Part shown: one piece after another, positions 24,050 to 35,670 of the stretch
Position numbering within the stretch: the stretch's first letter is position 1
Layout of the letters: each line of letters begins with the position of its first letter
Assembly (NCBI GenBank): GCA_038496445.1
Contig: JALMLS010000556.1
Span: forward strand, 193,488-257,487
Direction: 5' to 3'
DNA length: 64,000 nt
DNA from: Trichosphaerium sp. ATCC 40318
Lineage: Eukaryota > Protista > Tubulinea
The notes under the pieces: generated by a model
The model's input: the letters and a program-made list of their open reading frames with translations, nothing else
Database searches by the model: none
Told to the model about the DNA's origin: nothing
Translations under genes and position numbers: made by a program

Positions 24050-25318
24050 ATGTACAAGACAGTTATCGTTCTCATTTTGGCGGTTTTAGGCACATGCTAT
24101 TGTCAAAGACCTCCCAGCTTTATTCATGCTACCCCACCCGTGATGTCGCCTAATAGCGATGTAATTACAGTTAGTTTAGACGTCTTAGGAAGTACATAAG
24201 CTACAAGATTTGAGCCACATATTTTTATCAAATGCTCTTCCAAAAGCCTATTACCTAAGGCTTACTTTTAGCGCCCCAAGTTTTTGGTGTTCGATTCACA
24301 GGTCTCACACAAGTAGTTGGCTCACCATTATCTACTGCATTAAGTACGTAGTTCATATTCCAAAGAAGAAATGAGCTCACGTGACGGATGTTTTTGACTT
24401 AAAACAACTGTTTTTGTAGTACCTGCTCTGGATGGTTCTCTGTTGGTGTATTTCCAAGGAGGAGAGTTTGTAGTAAAGACAGAAAGTGATGTTGAGATAT
24501 GTAGAGGAAATAATGGATTGGTCGGAAGTGCCGTTTACAACGGCGGAAATTTTATTTCAGAAAACACGTTTTTCATATTCAGGACAGATATACAGCAGTT
24601 TGTGGAGTACACTTTTGATCCATCTTCGCCTGATTGTATTTCGGCACCTGTTCTATCATGTTCATTGACAGAATTGGTTACAGAGTGTATGTGGGAGGAT
24701 CATAGAGTCAGGAACTTACAAAGCTTTAAAAATGTTTATGTTTATTTTCATCAAATCTCAAACGACTACATTATGTGCAAAAAGAAATACTAAACTTCAC
24801 ATAGTTGTCATTGATGGAGATGTAGTTTACATGTTATTAAGAATTGGAAATGGGCTAGAAATTCATCAGTTCCCAACTTCAACATTTACATCTGGATCAT
24901 GCGCATTTTCTTTTAATGCTATGACATCGCTAACACCCGGGTTGTCACCTGATGTTGTTGTATTAGAAACATTAGATGATGATAGACTCATAATTCAGTC
25001 TGCGCTAATGACTTCACAAGTAGACAAAGTAACAGGCATGTTGCAGTGACATAACAGATACTTCATCCAAGGTTAACAATGTTCTAATTAGGAGTTGTAA
25101 CTAATTACGGACCAAGTATTGTTTTCCCATTCTCTTACTATCCTGGGTTTGCTGGACCAACTGGACCAACGTGTGTTTCACGGTAAGACAGAGATCTTTC
25201 TTTTCTTTTTTTTTTCTGAGTTCTTTTCGTAACTGAACCAAGGCCTTGTTTAAACCTGTTATTTAGGAAACGATCAATACATTCTGATGAAGAAAGAATA
25301 CAGCTTTTACGTCGTTAA
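24050..25318 (+). CDS. Secreted variable protein family, copy A (6 exons)
   Basis: Signal peptide MYKTVIVLILAVLGTCYC; conserved blocks PALDGSLL, VKTESDVEICRGNNG, FISENTFFIF, LDDDRL; ends PTGPTCVSRKRSIHSDEERIQLLRR*. Confidence 0.8.
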
Positions 25319-25548
25319 TGAGCAACACCAAATAAAGCAAAACCTCCCTAATTGGTTTTGGATGTTTTTATTGTTGCAGAATGAGCACAAGTTGCTGAAG
25401 TTTAGTGTCACATTATTGTGTTACATTGACTCAAAAGTCTTGATGGTGAGAAATTGTAAGAGATAGAGATATTTGAAACGTCAAATTTGAAGATCTGGCC
25501 CACTTCTAAATTTGATCATACAATCTGAAACTAGCGGTCTAAAACAGC

Positions 25549-26376
25549 ATGTACAAGACAGTTATCGTTCTCATTTTAGCGGTTGTAGGCACATACTATT
25601 GTCAGAGATCTCCTAGCTTTATTCACGTTGCCCCACCCGTGATGTCAACTAATGGTGATGTACTTACGGTTAGTACAGACCTCTCAGGAAGTACGTTTGC
25701 TTTACAAGACTTCGCCCCACTGTCATATTTTTGCTTTGTTCTCCAACTGTCATATAAGGCTTTCCTTTTAGTGGCTGAGCCTTCAATGTTCAATTCACAG
25801 ACCTCATACAGGTAAAAATAATGGACACTATATCTACCGCGCTAAGTATGTGTTCGTATTCCAAAGAAACAAAACCCTCTCCAGCGATAAGTCACCAAAT
25901 AGAACAAACCTTTTGAAGTCAGGCGACTTGGACTTAAATAACTATTTTTGTAGTACCTGCTCTGGATGGTTCTCTGTTGGTGTATTTCCAAGGAGAAAAC
26001 TATATTGTAAAGACAGAAAGTGATGTTGAGATATGTAGAGGAAATAATGGATTGGTCGGACAAACATTTATCATTTCCCAAGTTCAACACTTCCGGAGCA
26101 CCATGCCATTTTGATTTTAATGTCATGTCAGTGTCGATTGAAGGAGCATTAGAAAGATTAGATGACAATATACTCATATTAGGTGATTCTATCTCTTCAG
26201 AGGTAGACAAAAGTAACAGGTAGGTTATTCTTTAAAAACAAAAGCTTCATCCAAAGGGTTAACAGCTTTTAACCTAGGTAATGTACAACATTACGGACCG
26301 GATATTTTTTTACCATTTAAATACTACTCTGGTTTCGCTCCACCAACTGGACCAGCATGTGTTTCACGGTAAGACA
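25549..26376 (+). pseudogene. Secreted variable protein family, copy B: internal deletion and no last exon
   Basis: Sequence jumps from CRGNNGLVG (about 26059) directly to exon-4-like sequence (TSGAPCHFDFN); similarity to the family ends just after the donor gtgtttcacg|gtaagaca. Confidence 0.75.
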
Positions 26377-26701
26377 TAATCAAGTTCAGGAAACAAAAAG
26401 TCTTGTGTATTAGAGCTGTGGACCATACATAGTTGTTGTGTTGCTACAACTTCAAACTTTACAAAAGATTCTCAAATAGTTCTGTTTGACACAGTTGTTG
26501 TGCTACTTATAGAGCTGTCACGTGACTATTTTTGATTTCCCGGCTTGTTCACAGTTCAAAATTTCGATGGCCTTTCGTTGTAGGAGTAAGTGTCTTGTTA
26601 AATACGTTAACAAGGTGGGAAAAAAGGGTGAAGCAAAGTGACAACGAAGATGATTTAAGTCAAATGACTTTCGGTTTTATTGAAAAAACACAACAATACA
26701 C

Positions 26702-28644
26702 ATGGAAACGGAAACTGGATTAACGGCTTTACCTTACGTACGCTCCAAACGCGCTTTTAAACGTTATTGTGTATTTGTGTTTTTAAACGTTACAACACTG
26801 TGTTTAGTACTAAACTACCGCCAGGAGATGATGATAGAGGTTACCTCATTGCTTGACGTAGCATCTGAGGTTTATTTTTACTCAACTTGCAAACAATTCC
26901 TTGTAGTACGCTATACACAACTACAACGCATCTGTTTACCATTTTTTAATAGTTATTGAACGATTCATCCCGTTGGCAAGCCAGAATTCACCGAGAGTTC
27001 GGACAAGTCATTTTTCCTTGTTATTCTGTTTCAGATTCATCAAAATGGAAGGACCTTTATATTAGTGTGTTATCTCGTACGCTTTAAGTAGCTTTCTGAC
27101 GACAAGCCAATGTGATTAATTATTCCAAAAGGAGGTATTCCTGGTGCTTCGTTGGTTCCTCACCATCGTGTTATTTCAGAATTTAATGAAGGTGATAAAA
27201 CATGGCATATTAAACATTTGGAGCCCCCCCGATCTAGAGCTATACGTCGTGTTGTGGTAAAACTTTAATTGAGAGTTGGTTTTTGTTTTTGTGGAGATAA
27301 TCGTGATTGTCTTACTTTTTGCATTACCAAGTCACGTGGCTTCAATTGACTCCACTTTTATCTTTTTTTTCTTTTCTTTATCTAATATTTTTGTTTTTTC
27401 ATATAGACAGTTCAGACAACTCATGGATGGAATTTAAAGTGTGCAAGCAAGACTACTTTTGCAAATTGTATTATTGGTTATTACGAATCTGAAATTACAG
27501 GTTGTGGAAGGAACGAAAAGTACGTTCATTCGCAATGTTTCTCCTAAAAAACTTACACACTTTTTTTTCATTGAAATGACAACTTGTTTAATTATAACGT
27601 TTCTTTTAGGTCTGTGGGTGTTGGTATAGGGCTAATAGATTATGTTCAATCGGAAAGAATGATCGGTTGGGCTACAAGTTAGTGACTACTGACAGTCTGC
27701 AAATCTAGAATTTTTTTAAATGTTTTTTTTAACTTTCTTTTTTAACAATCTCTAGGCTCTTGGGCGATGCATAGTGATGATATGGGTAAGTTATTTTCCT
27801 TAATAATACAACAAAAAACTAAATTAGTGATTTCTTATTCCTGCCAGGCAAATATTTTGGGTCTTCTGCTTATGCTACGTCTTTTATGGGCGGTGAATCT
27901 AAACACTTGGCTCTTGGTACCATAATAGGTACATCAAATCATTTTCTAGTAAATTATAGTCAACACGCTGAAACACACTACCAACATACAATTAAAGATG
28001 TAAAGCCAATTGGCAAGTTTTTCTTTGAAATGCAGATTCAAGAAAAGAAAAAAAAAAAGACAACATCCTTGCTGACTTCTGCCGCCTTTACGTGGGAGTG
28101 TATCTCTCCACATTACAAAATGAAGGCTCATATATATTTATTTTGTTATTATTTAACTTTCTAAAGGATGTGGTTTAACTACTAAAGTGATTGAAGAACT
28201 CCCTGAAAAGCGTGTTGAGTTATATGCTTTTTGGACAGTTGATGGTGATTTGAAGCATGTTGAGCTGATTGACAGGTCTTGTACCTTTGATATGATCGAA
28301 TCACTACGACCAACAGTTAGTTTACTAACTGTTGGTGACATGCTACGCTTAAACTTTGGTTTGGTACGTACAGTTTATCATAAAAAAACCCAACAACAAA
28401 TGCCAAAAAAAAAAAAAGAAAAAAACAGGATCCTATTGCTCTCTCCGTCTCATTTTTTTTACCCTTAATTATACTTTGGTTACTTATAGGGTGTTACTTG
28501 TTCCATTTTCTCATTTGTTTCTAGGGTAAACCATTCTTGTTCGATGTAAGAAAAAATTACAACAAAGGAACAATTTTAAAACAAAGTACTACTGATACTA
28601 CAAAACCAAAAGCAAAACAACAGTTTGATGGTCTCTTCTTTTAA
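26702..28644 (+). CDS. F-box + SPRY domain protein, multi-exon
   Basis: METETGLTALP(Y)EMMIEVTSLLD..TCKQF..LLNDSSRWQ F-box; YYESEI, VGIGL..RMIGW, SWAMHSDD, GTIIGCGL, FWTVDG, LRPTVSL..LRLNFG..KPFLFD SPRY motifs. Confidence 0.75.
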
Positions 28645-28714
28645 GTCAAAATCTCCATGTAAAATAAACATCATTTTGCCTGCCGTGTTGTTCCTCTGTA
28701 CAAAACACAGAGAT

Positions 28715-28965
28715 GGACCAACTGGACCAACGTGTGTTTCACGGTAAGACAGAGATCTTTCTTTTCTTTTTTTTTTCTGAGTTCTTTTCGTAACTAAACC
28801 AAGATCATCTTGTTGAAACCTGTTATTTAGGAAACGATCGATACATTCTGATGAAGAAAGAATACAACTTTTACGTCGTTAATTCTCATGTTTATGATCA
28901 ACACTAAATAAAGCAAAACGCGCCGCATCTTCATAACAATTGTTTTGATTGTATTTAGAACAAGA
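28715..28965 (+). pseudogene. Orphan 3' fragment of the secreted variable family (end of exon 5, last intron, last exon, 3' flank)
   Basis: ggaccaactggaccaacgtgtgtttcacg|gtaagacagagatc... is near-identical to 25154-25318; encodes RKRSIHSDEERIQLLRR* (stop 28880-28882). Confidence 0.85.
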
Positions 28966-29330
28966 ATATGCAAGTATATTCTTAGATATCCACAGTGTTT
29001 TTACTTGTGAATCAAACGCACTAACCTTTTTTCTGTTTTAATCCTACCGTGCTTTGCCTGATAACATGCCTGTAATTCTTTTTTACTTTATCTGAGTCTT
29101 AGATGTCACTTTTTATAAACAACCATAAAGAGTGCTAAGTAGAAGGTAAATGTTGGATGTACATATTTTTTCAATGAATAAAAACAAGCGCTTCATAAAC
29201 ACTTCTAAATACGAAAGTACCACGAAACAAGCCGGAAATAAACCTTGTACGATGATAACAATAAAATATAACCAATAAGAGCAACGAGAAAGTTACCCTA
29301 CTCATTTGTTTTCAATAGGTCTAACACAGC

Positions 29331-30636
29331 ATGTACAAGACAGTTATCGCTCTCATTTTGGCCTTTGTAGGCACATACTATTGTCAGAGACCTCCTGGAT
29401 TTATTCACGCTGACCCTCCTATCCTTGGGGATTTTAGCGACATACTTACAGTTAGTACAGATCCATCACAAAGTACGTAACCTTACACCAACCACAAAAC
29501 ACTTCATGTTTTACTATCCATCTAGAGCGAAAACACTCCATATCGTTGTTTTGTCTCACGTCTTATCCATGTGATCTAAGGTTTTTTAGCACCTGAACTG
29601 TTCAATGTTCGATTCACAGATCTGACGCAGGTTACTGACACATCTATATCTACTGCACTAAGTACGTAGTACAATCCCAAAGAAAAAACCACAATAAATC
29701 TGAGCAGATTTGACTTAAAATAACTGTTTTTGTAGTACCTGCTCTGGATGGTTCTCTTTTAGTGTTATTCCAAGGGGAAGAGTATATTGTAAAGACAGAA
29801 AGTGATGTTGAGATATGTAGAGGAAATAATGGAATGGACAGAACTGCTTCTTATAAGGGCGGGAATTTTATTTCAGAAAACACGTTTTTCATATTCAGGA
29901 CAGATATACAGCAGTTTATGGAGTACACTTTTGATCCATCTTCGCCTGATTGTATTCCGGCACCTTTACCATCATGCACTGTATCAACACGGATTTTAGA
30001 ATGTAAGTAGGAGGATCACAGTCAGAAAGGTGGTGTCAGAAAATGTTAAATTTCTGAGATATTTATACCTGTAAAGACTTACGCGTATGTACACTTAGCA
30101 ACATACTAACTTTACCTAGTTGTCATTGATGGAGATTCGGTTTACTTGTTATCAAGCAATATTATTTTTACATTAATTACTCAATTGCCTACCTCAACAT
30201 TTGCTTCTGGAGCACCATGTGAATTTGCGGTCACAGAATTTCTTGCTGCACAGTTGCCGTTCAATACTAGAGAATTAGAAGTATTAGATGATGATAGACT
30301 CATATCTGTCTCTGGTAATTCTGCCTTACAGATATTCAAAGCAACAGGTAATTACACATTGCATAAAGAAAATTCATCCAAGGCTAATAAGTTTCTTTAT
30401 TTAACTAGGCGGCGCAAGTATGTATGGAACAAGTTTTGCTACACCGTTCTCTTACTATCCTGGGTTTACTCCACCAACTGGACCAACGTGTGTTTCACGG
30501 TAAGACAGAGATCTTTCTTTTCTTTTTTTTTTCTGAGTTCTTTCGTAACTAAACAAGATCATCTTGTTGAAACCTGTTATTTAGGAAACGATCAATACAT
30601 TCTGATGAAGAAAGAATACAGCTTTTACACCGTTAA
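29331..30636 (+). CDS. Secreted variable protein family, copy C
   Basis: MYKTVIALILAFVGTYYCQRPPGFIHA..; same exon structure as copy A; ends RKRSIHSDEERIQLLHR*. Confidence 0.8.
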
Positions 30637-31038
30637 TTCCCATGTTTATGCGCTAAATAAAGCACCCTATAAATCATTTGTTTTTTTAGTTGGTGTTCAA
30701 CAAACACCGTCCGTTTAGCGTCTTTCATTTGATACATTGACCACACAGTACTTTTTACGTGATGTACTGTAACTACCAGAACAGTGAGTTTCACGATAAC
30801 AGTGAGTTTTACAATAATTGTTTTTAGCACTTTTACGTTCACTGAATTATGCGTTGGATATCTGCTGAAATTGCTGATCGCTTTTATAAGAACTAGACCG
30901 CTTATCCACATATTATGGAAAATATTTTAAACGAAGTAAAAGATAATAATACGTTTACCATAAACATCAAAAAACTGATAAGTCCTAATACAAAATTCAT
31001 TATCCAGCAAACAACCAGCATCAAACAACACAAGAATA

Positions 31039-31490
31039 ATGACAACTGTAGGAGAGAAAGTTAGATACGGTATGAGAATAGCAAGTAATGCAGATCTTAA
31101 AGCAATACTTGCCCACTTTAAGAAGGCTTGGAAACCACAACAAATTCAGTTTACAAAGAACGCTCTCGAACAACAAAAAGTTTGTCTTTCCGCTAAACAA
31201 TGTGACAGTACGTTTGTGCAAACAAAAAAAATTATAGATTGCTGAGTAAAGTATGCTGAGGTCTGAACTGAAGCATCAGTTCTTTTGATAGCTCATTTTG
31301 TTGACACTGAGCTATTTTTTTTAATATTCTGTCTGTAGCTATTGTACGAGCAGCATGGTCAGACAATCAATGTGGGGTAGCCAGAAATTGTGCCAAATAC
31401 TGCTATGAAGGTAAACGGGCCTTTGAAAGTGCAATGAAGAGCGCAATGTGGTCGACAGAGTTTAGGAAACTTCAGCCGGAGTTGGAATAA
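31039..31490 (+). CDS. Small 2-exon protein, DUF4476-like
   Basis: LKAILAHFKKAWKPQQIQFTKNALEQQKVCLSAKQCD spliced to IVRAAWSDNQCGVARNCAKYCYEG..QPELE*; family assignment by recalled pattern only. Confidence 0.5.
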
Positions 31491-32378
31491 ATTCACCACT
31501 TGATGTGTAGCTATTTTTATCGTAAACATATTCAATAAAAGAAATTATATCAACACCTTATCTTTGCTTCTGCTGTTCTAATAGGGTCTACAAAGGAAAC
31601 TGCCTGTTGATGTGTTTAGTAACTGTCGGTAACGCTTATTTTGGAATTGCCCCGAAAAGCGGTAGTTTTAGCATTGCGGCGCTTTCTAGGTTTTAAATCG
31701 TACACTGGAAGCGCGATTTACTATCTCCATCGACGCTATGAGAGATTTGGTATCAAGCCGAAAACTGATTGATAACCAACAGAATCAATGTGATAGTTAA
31801 GGCAACGTAAGTTGTCTTTTTACAATAAAAAAACTCTACAATCTAATGGAAAGCAGCCCTTCATTTATGATTACTTCTCTAATGATGGGAGTTGCTACTG
31901 CAACTCTTGTACTTGAAGAATTCGAACAAAAAATGACAAACGATAATAACAACGATATTAATACAACTGAAACCATACAACAGTTCGTGGACGAATACAA
32001 CAACGATTTGAGTAGCGAAAGAATGTGCGCAGAAATAAAAATCAATCAAATTATTTAATTCTTTACTTAATACCATTCCTGTAGATTACCACAAGAATAT
32101 GATGATCTCTTTGATAGTTTTATTGGAAACCAAAGAACTTGTAAATTCAATAAATCAATCTAAAATGACATACATCTGTCAAACTACTTCAAAATTCCAG
32201 CTTGGTTTTTTTTCTTTGTTTTTTTACGTCCGAGCTTCACAATCACTCAACTCGGCATTAAAAAGAATTAACAAACTGACTTGAGTCATGGTATTTTGGT
32301 TTTACAATTGTTTATTATTGGGGTTCATTTAATGGGAGTAGGGGGCAACAGGTTAAGGAAGAGTTTAGAGATCCTTCT

Positions 32379-34788
32379 TCAGTCTTTTTTCTTTGGTCTT
32401 ATTTTTAACGAATTAAAATATGGGTGTTTTAGTGCTTGAACTGCCTTGATACGGCTATTTGGATCATATACCATTAATTTCTGTTGAAAAAAATATCAGT
32501 AAAGGCGTTGAAAATAACAACGATTGATCAATTTGTACAAACAATTCAAATACATTGTAAAGTCTGGTTTTTAGCTGTAGAAAAAATAGATGTCATGAAC
32601 GTAACGTTCAATAATTAGTTTAATATAAGCATAGTCACACGCCTTAAAATTGATTTTTTTGAAACAGTTTGAAAGCGAAACAAATAGGGCAAAAAAGGGA
32701 AAAAAATAAGAAAAATAATTAAAGAAAATACCTGTATTAAATCATAGCCATCCTCTGATAGGTGTGTAACGAGTTGCCTGTACCCAAGTCCCTTGTACGT
32801 TGGAAAATCGTCAGACCACAATGGGAGTGTTCTGGCAGCAGGGTAGTACGTTTCAGTCGGTGTACCAAGTCCCTAAAAAATAAGGATAAGCATAATCCAC
32901 AAAAAAAGTAAAAGTAGTTTCTTGTTGTTAACTGTCTCCACAATACCTTAAAAATACGTTGTAATTGATCTTCGGCTGAAGATCCTGGGAATAGAGGCCT
33001 GCCTACAGCCATTTCTATGATAGAAAATTAATCAAACTAGTAAAATGGCAAAAATAAAAAGGCGCTTCGGTTTTTTTGGGTTTTTGTGTTAATACTTTAT
33101 TTCTCGTAAACCTGAGCGCCCACAGATGGTAAAAAGGTGTTTAAAAACAAATTGACGCCGTTTATAAAATTATTGTAGAAATACAAGGTGAAATTATGAT
33201 TAAAAAAGACAGGAAAAAAATCTTACCTCCAAAAATGCAACCTGAAGACCAAATGTCAATTTCGGTGCTATAATTTTTCGAGCCTAATAATACATCTGGG
33301 GGACGATACCACAGTGTCACCACCTCGTTAGAGTAACCACGAACAGGTATACCAAAGGTCCTAAAGATAGATTAGTACTTTAAAGCATTACTAAACAAAA
33401 AAAATTGCTCTTTTTCTACTGGAAAAAAAACAGCGAAAGCTGCACTACGCTCACTGAAAAGCGTAGTAAAACTTTTCCCTTAAATTACCAAATGTATACA
33501 ACAGGCGTGTATCACTGCTCGGTAAAGTTTTTTTGAAGAACAATTTGGAAATTTCGTTACCTTGCTAGACCAAAATCAGCGAGCTTCAATTCTCCCTTTT
33601 TACTAATAAGAAGATCTAAAAAAAAAATTGTTAACACCAAGGCAAAGAACGTTATTATAATTTCGAAAAAAAAAAAAAAAAAGTCAAATTTTTTGGATTA
33701 TACTCACTTTGAGGCTTCAAGTCGCGATGTAGAATACGTTTATCATGTACAAACGCAATACCTTTAAGTAACTGATATAGGAAAGACTAAAAAGGAATAA
33801 GTTAAATGGCTCAAAGGTTCAAAAAAAAAAAATCACCAAAAAAAAAAAAGTTGGAATTGTACAAACTACTCCCTCTTGACACTCCCACATGGCGTCAAGT
33901 TATCATTAATAATAGGTTATATTTGTATTATTAAGAAAACAGACGCGGAACGGAGATTAAGATGACGTAAACACGTAACTCCCAGCTTGAAGAGAAAAAA
34001 AGCGTTGAATAATAAAAAAAGCTTTCGTGGAGTTTTTAGGCGTTATATATTACCTTCATTAACTCAGGCGATACTGCTCCACCATGATCGTCCATATATT
34101 TTTTTAAATCTTGGTCTAAGTACTCAAATACTAACGTCAAGCGTTTTACTTCGTGAACTACGTCAAACAAGCTAATGTAGAAGGTCAAATGTCAAAATTT
34201 CTGTTTTGATTTTTGTTTTGGCATGGGAAACGGTAAAATACGCACCGAACAACATTTGGGTGATTTAACTCCTTCAGTATTGTGATTTCCCGTATAGTTG
34301 TACTTGGCACGCCTTCTTCATCAGACTCGAGGCGGATCTGCTTTAAAGCAACAACTTGGCCCGTGGTTTGTAAAAAATGAGTCAGTATGGCATAAAAATA
34401 TAAAACGACGTTCTGTACTAGCTTTTGAGGTGAAAAAAAAACGTTTTGCGGTGTGTAATAGCGCCACAATCAAAATTGTAACAAAATACGTTCGCCACAA
34501 CGAAAAAAAGAGAAATCAGCTGTTTTGGTCTCAAATAAGGTAAATACCGCGCAATTACTTCGACAAGGTTAACGGGTGTATTAAAAATCGGGTTTAAAAA
34601 AGATTTAGAAGTGGCGACCGCGCTACAGAAAAACCGCTTATTGGTTTGAAAATACGACACACGCAAGGTAATTTTGCTATTTACAGAAATCGAAAATATT
34701 GGAGGGTGGATAACGTATTATGTTTGGCTTTGTAGACAATCCCATATGTACCCTCTCCGAGTCTATCGGTTCTGGTGTACTTGTCCAT
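32379..34788 (-). CDS. cdk5: Cyclin-dependent kinase, CDK5/Pho85-like (PSTTIRE), 9 exons
   Basis: [73 protein letters not shown]. Confidence 0.9.
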
Positions 34789-35005
34789 GTCACTGTAACT
34801 TACAGACAGCTGTGAAAAAAGCGCTGTTGAGTCAAGAATGTTCCCAAGTTTTTTTGTAACCTTTTTTTGATGCAATGATCAATATTACTTCAGGTTTTGG
34901 TTGTGTTGCAATCAAGCGCGTTTTTTTACTTTTACGTTTTCATTGCAATGTTTACAGAATACAAAATTAATGCAAAGTTGACATGTCGTTGATAGTGATT
35001 TTTCT

Positions 35006-35540
35006 TTAAGAGAGGTGGTTTAATTCCATCCACTTTGCGCTGTTGTCATTAACTTCTTGGTGCAGGATCGTCTCTCGTTGGGTAGCCCTCCATTGCGTCG
35101 TTGTAATACTAGAATTAAGTGAGTTACGTATTAATACATGGCGCAGGTATGTGAAATCAAGTGTCTACAGTGTAGTGCGACTGTTAAATCAAAAACCGCT
35201 CAAATTATTAACAATTGTATTACTGATGCAGATTCTGCGTACCATTTCGTTTCTGAACACCATGAGGAGAATACTAAGCGTTGTGAGCTACAGTATAAAT
35301 ATAATTAACTTACGGTGGTGGTATGAGAAACATAGCGCCTAGTAGCGCAATCTCGGACCATGTTGGATTGAAGAAAGGCTCACAATTATTCCTGTACCAC
35401 ATACTTTCTTCTATGCCACGATGAGGGTTAAAGCCCAATTTCTGTGTTGGTCTAGACATCGAAAAAAAGCGTCTTTGTTGATATAAGGCAAAACGCCTAA
35501 CGACAGCGCGTTGGGCAGTTTGTGCGAGCAGGTTACTCAT
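35006..35540 (-). CDS. Probable mitochondrial complex I subunit, NDUFB4 (B15)-like
   Basis: Arg-rich transit-like N-terminus; HRGIEESMWYRNNCEPFFNPTWSEIALLGAMFLIPP resembles the plant-type B15 pattern IEEW..RENLE..F.WT followed by a TM helix; 3' exon approximate. Confidence 0.55.
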
Positions 35541-35670
35541 CCGTTGTTTTGGTCGCTCACTACAATTTGACTTTTGCTGATTTTTAGGTTGGCACTAATT
35601 TCTACAGCAGTAATTGTAAATGCTTCCAACATGACGTTATTACTTCAAGGCTAAAATATAAAGGAGAGCA

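Noticed and set aside
30146-30718. 190-aa ORF as an independent gene
   Set aside because: It is exon 4 of family copy C read through introns; the later exons use other frames
31737-32165. Short Asn-rich ORFs
   Set aside because: Low complexity and no coherent gene model
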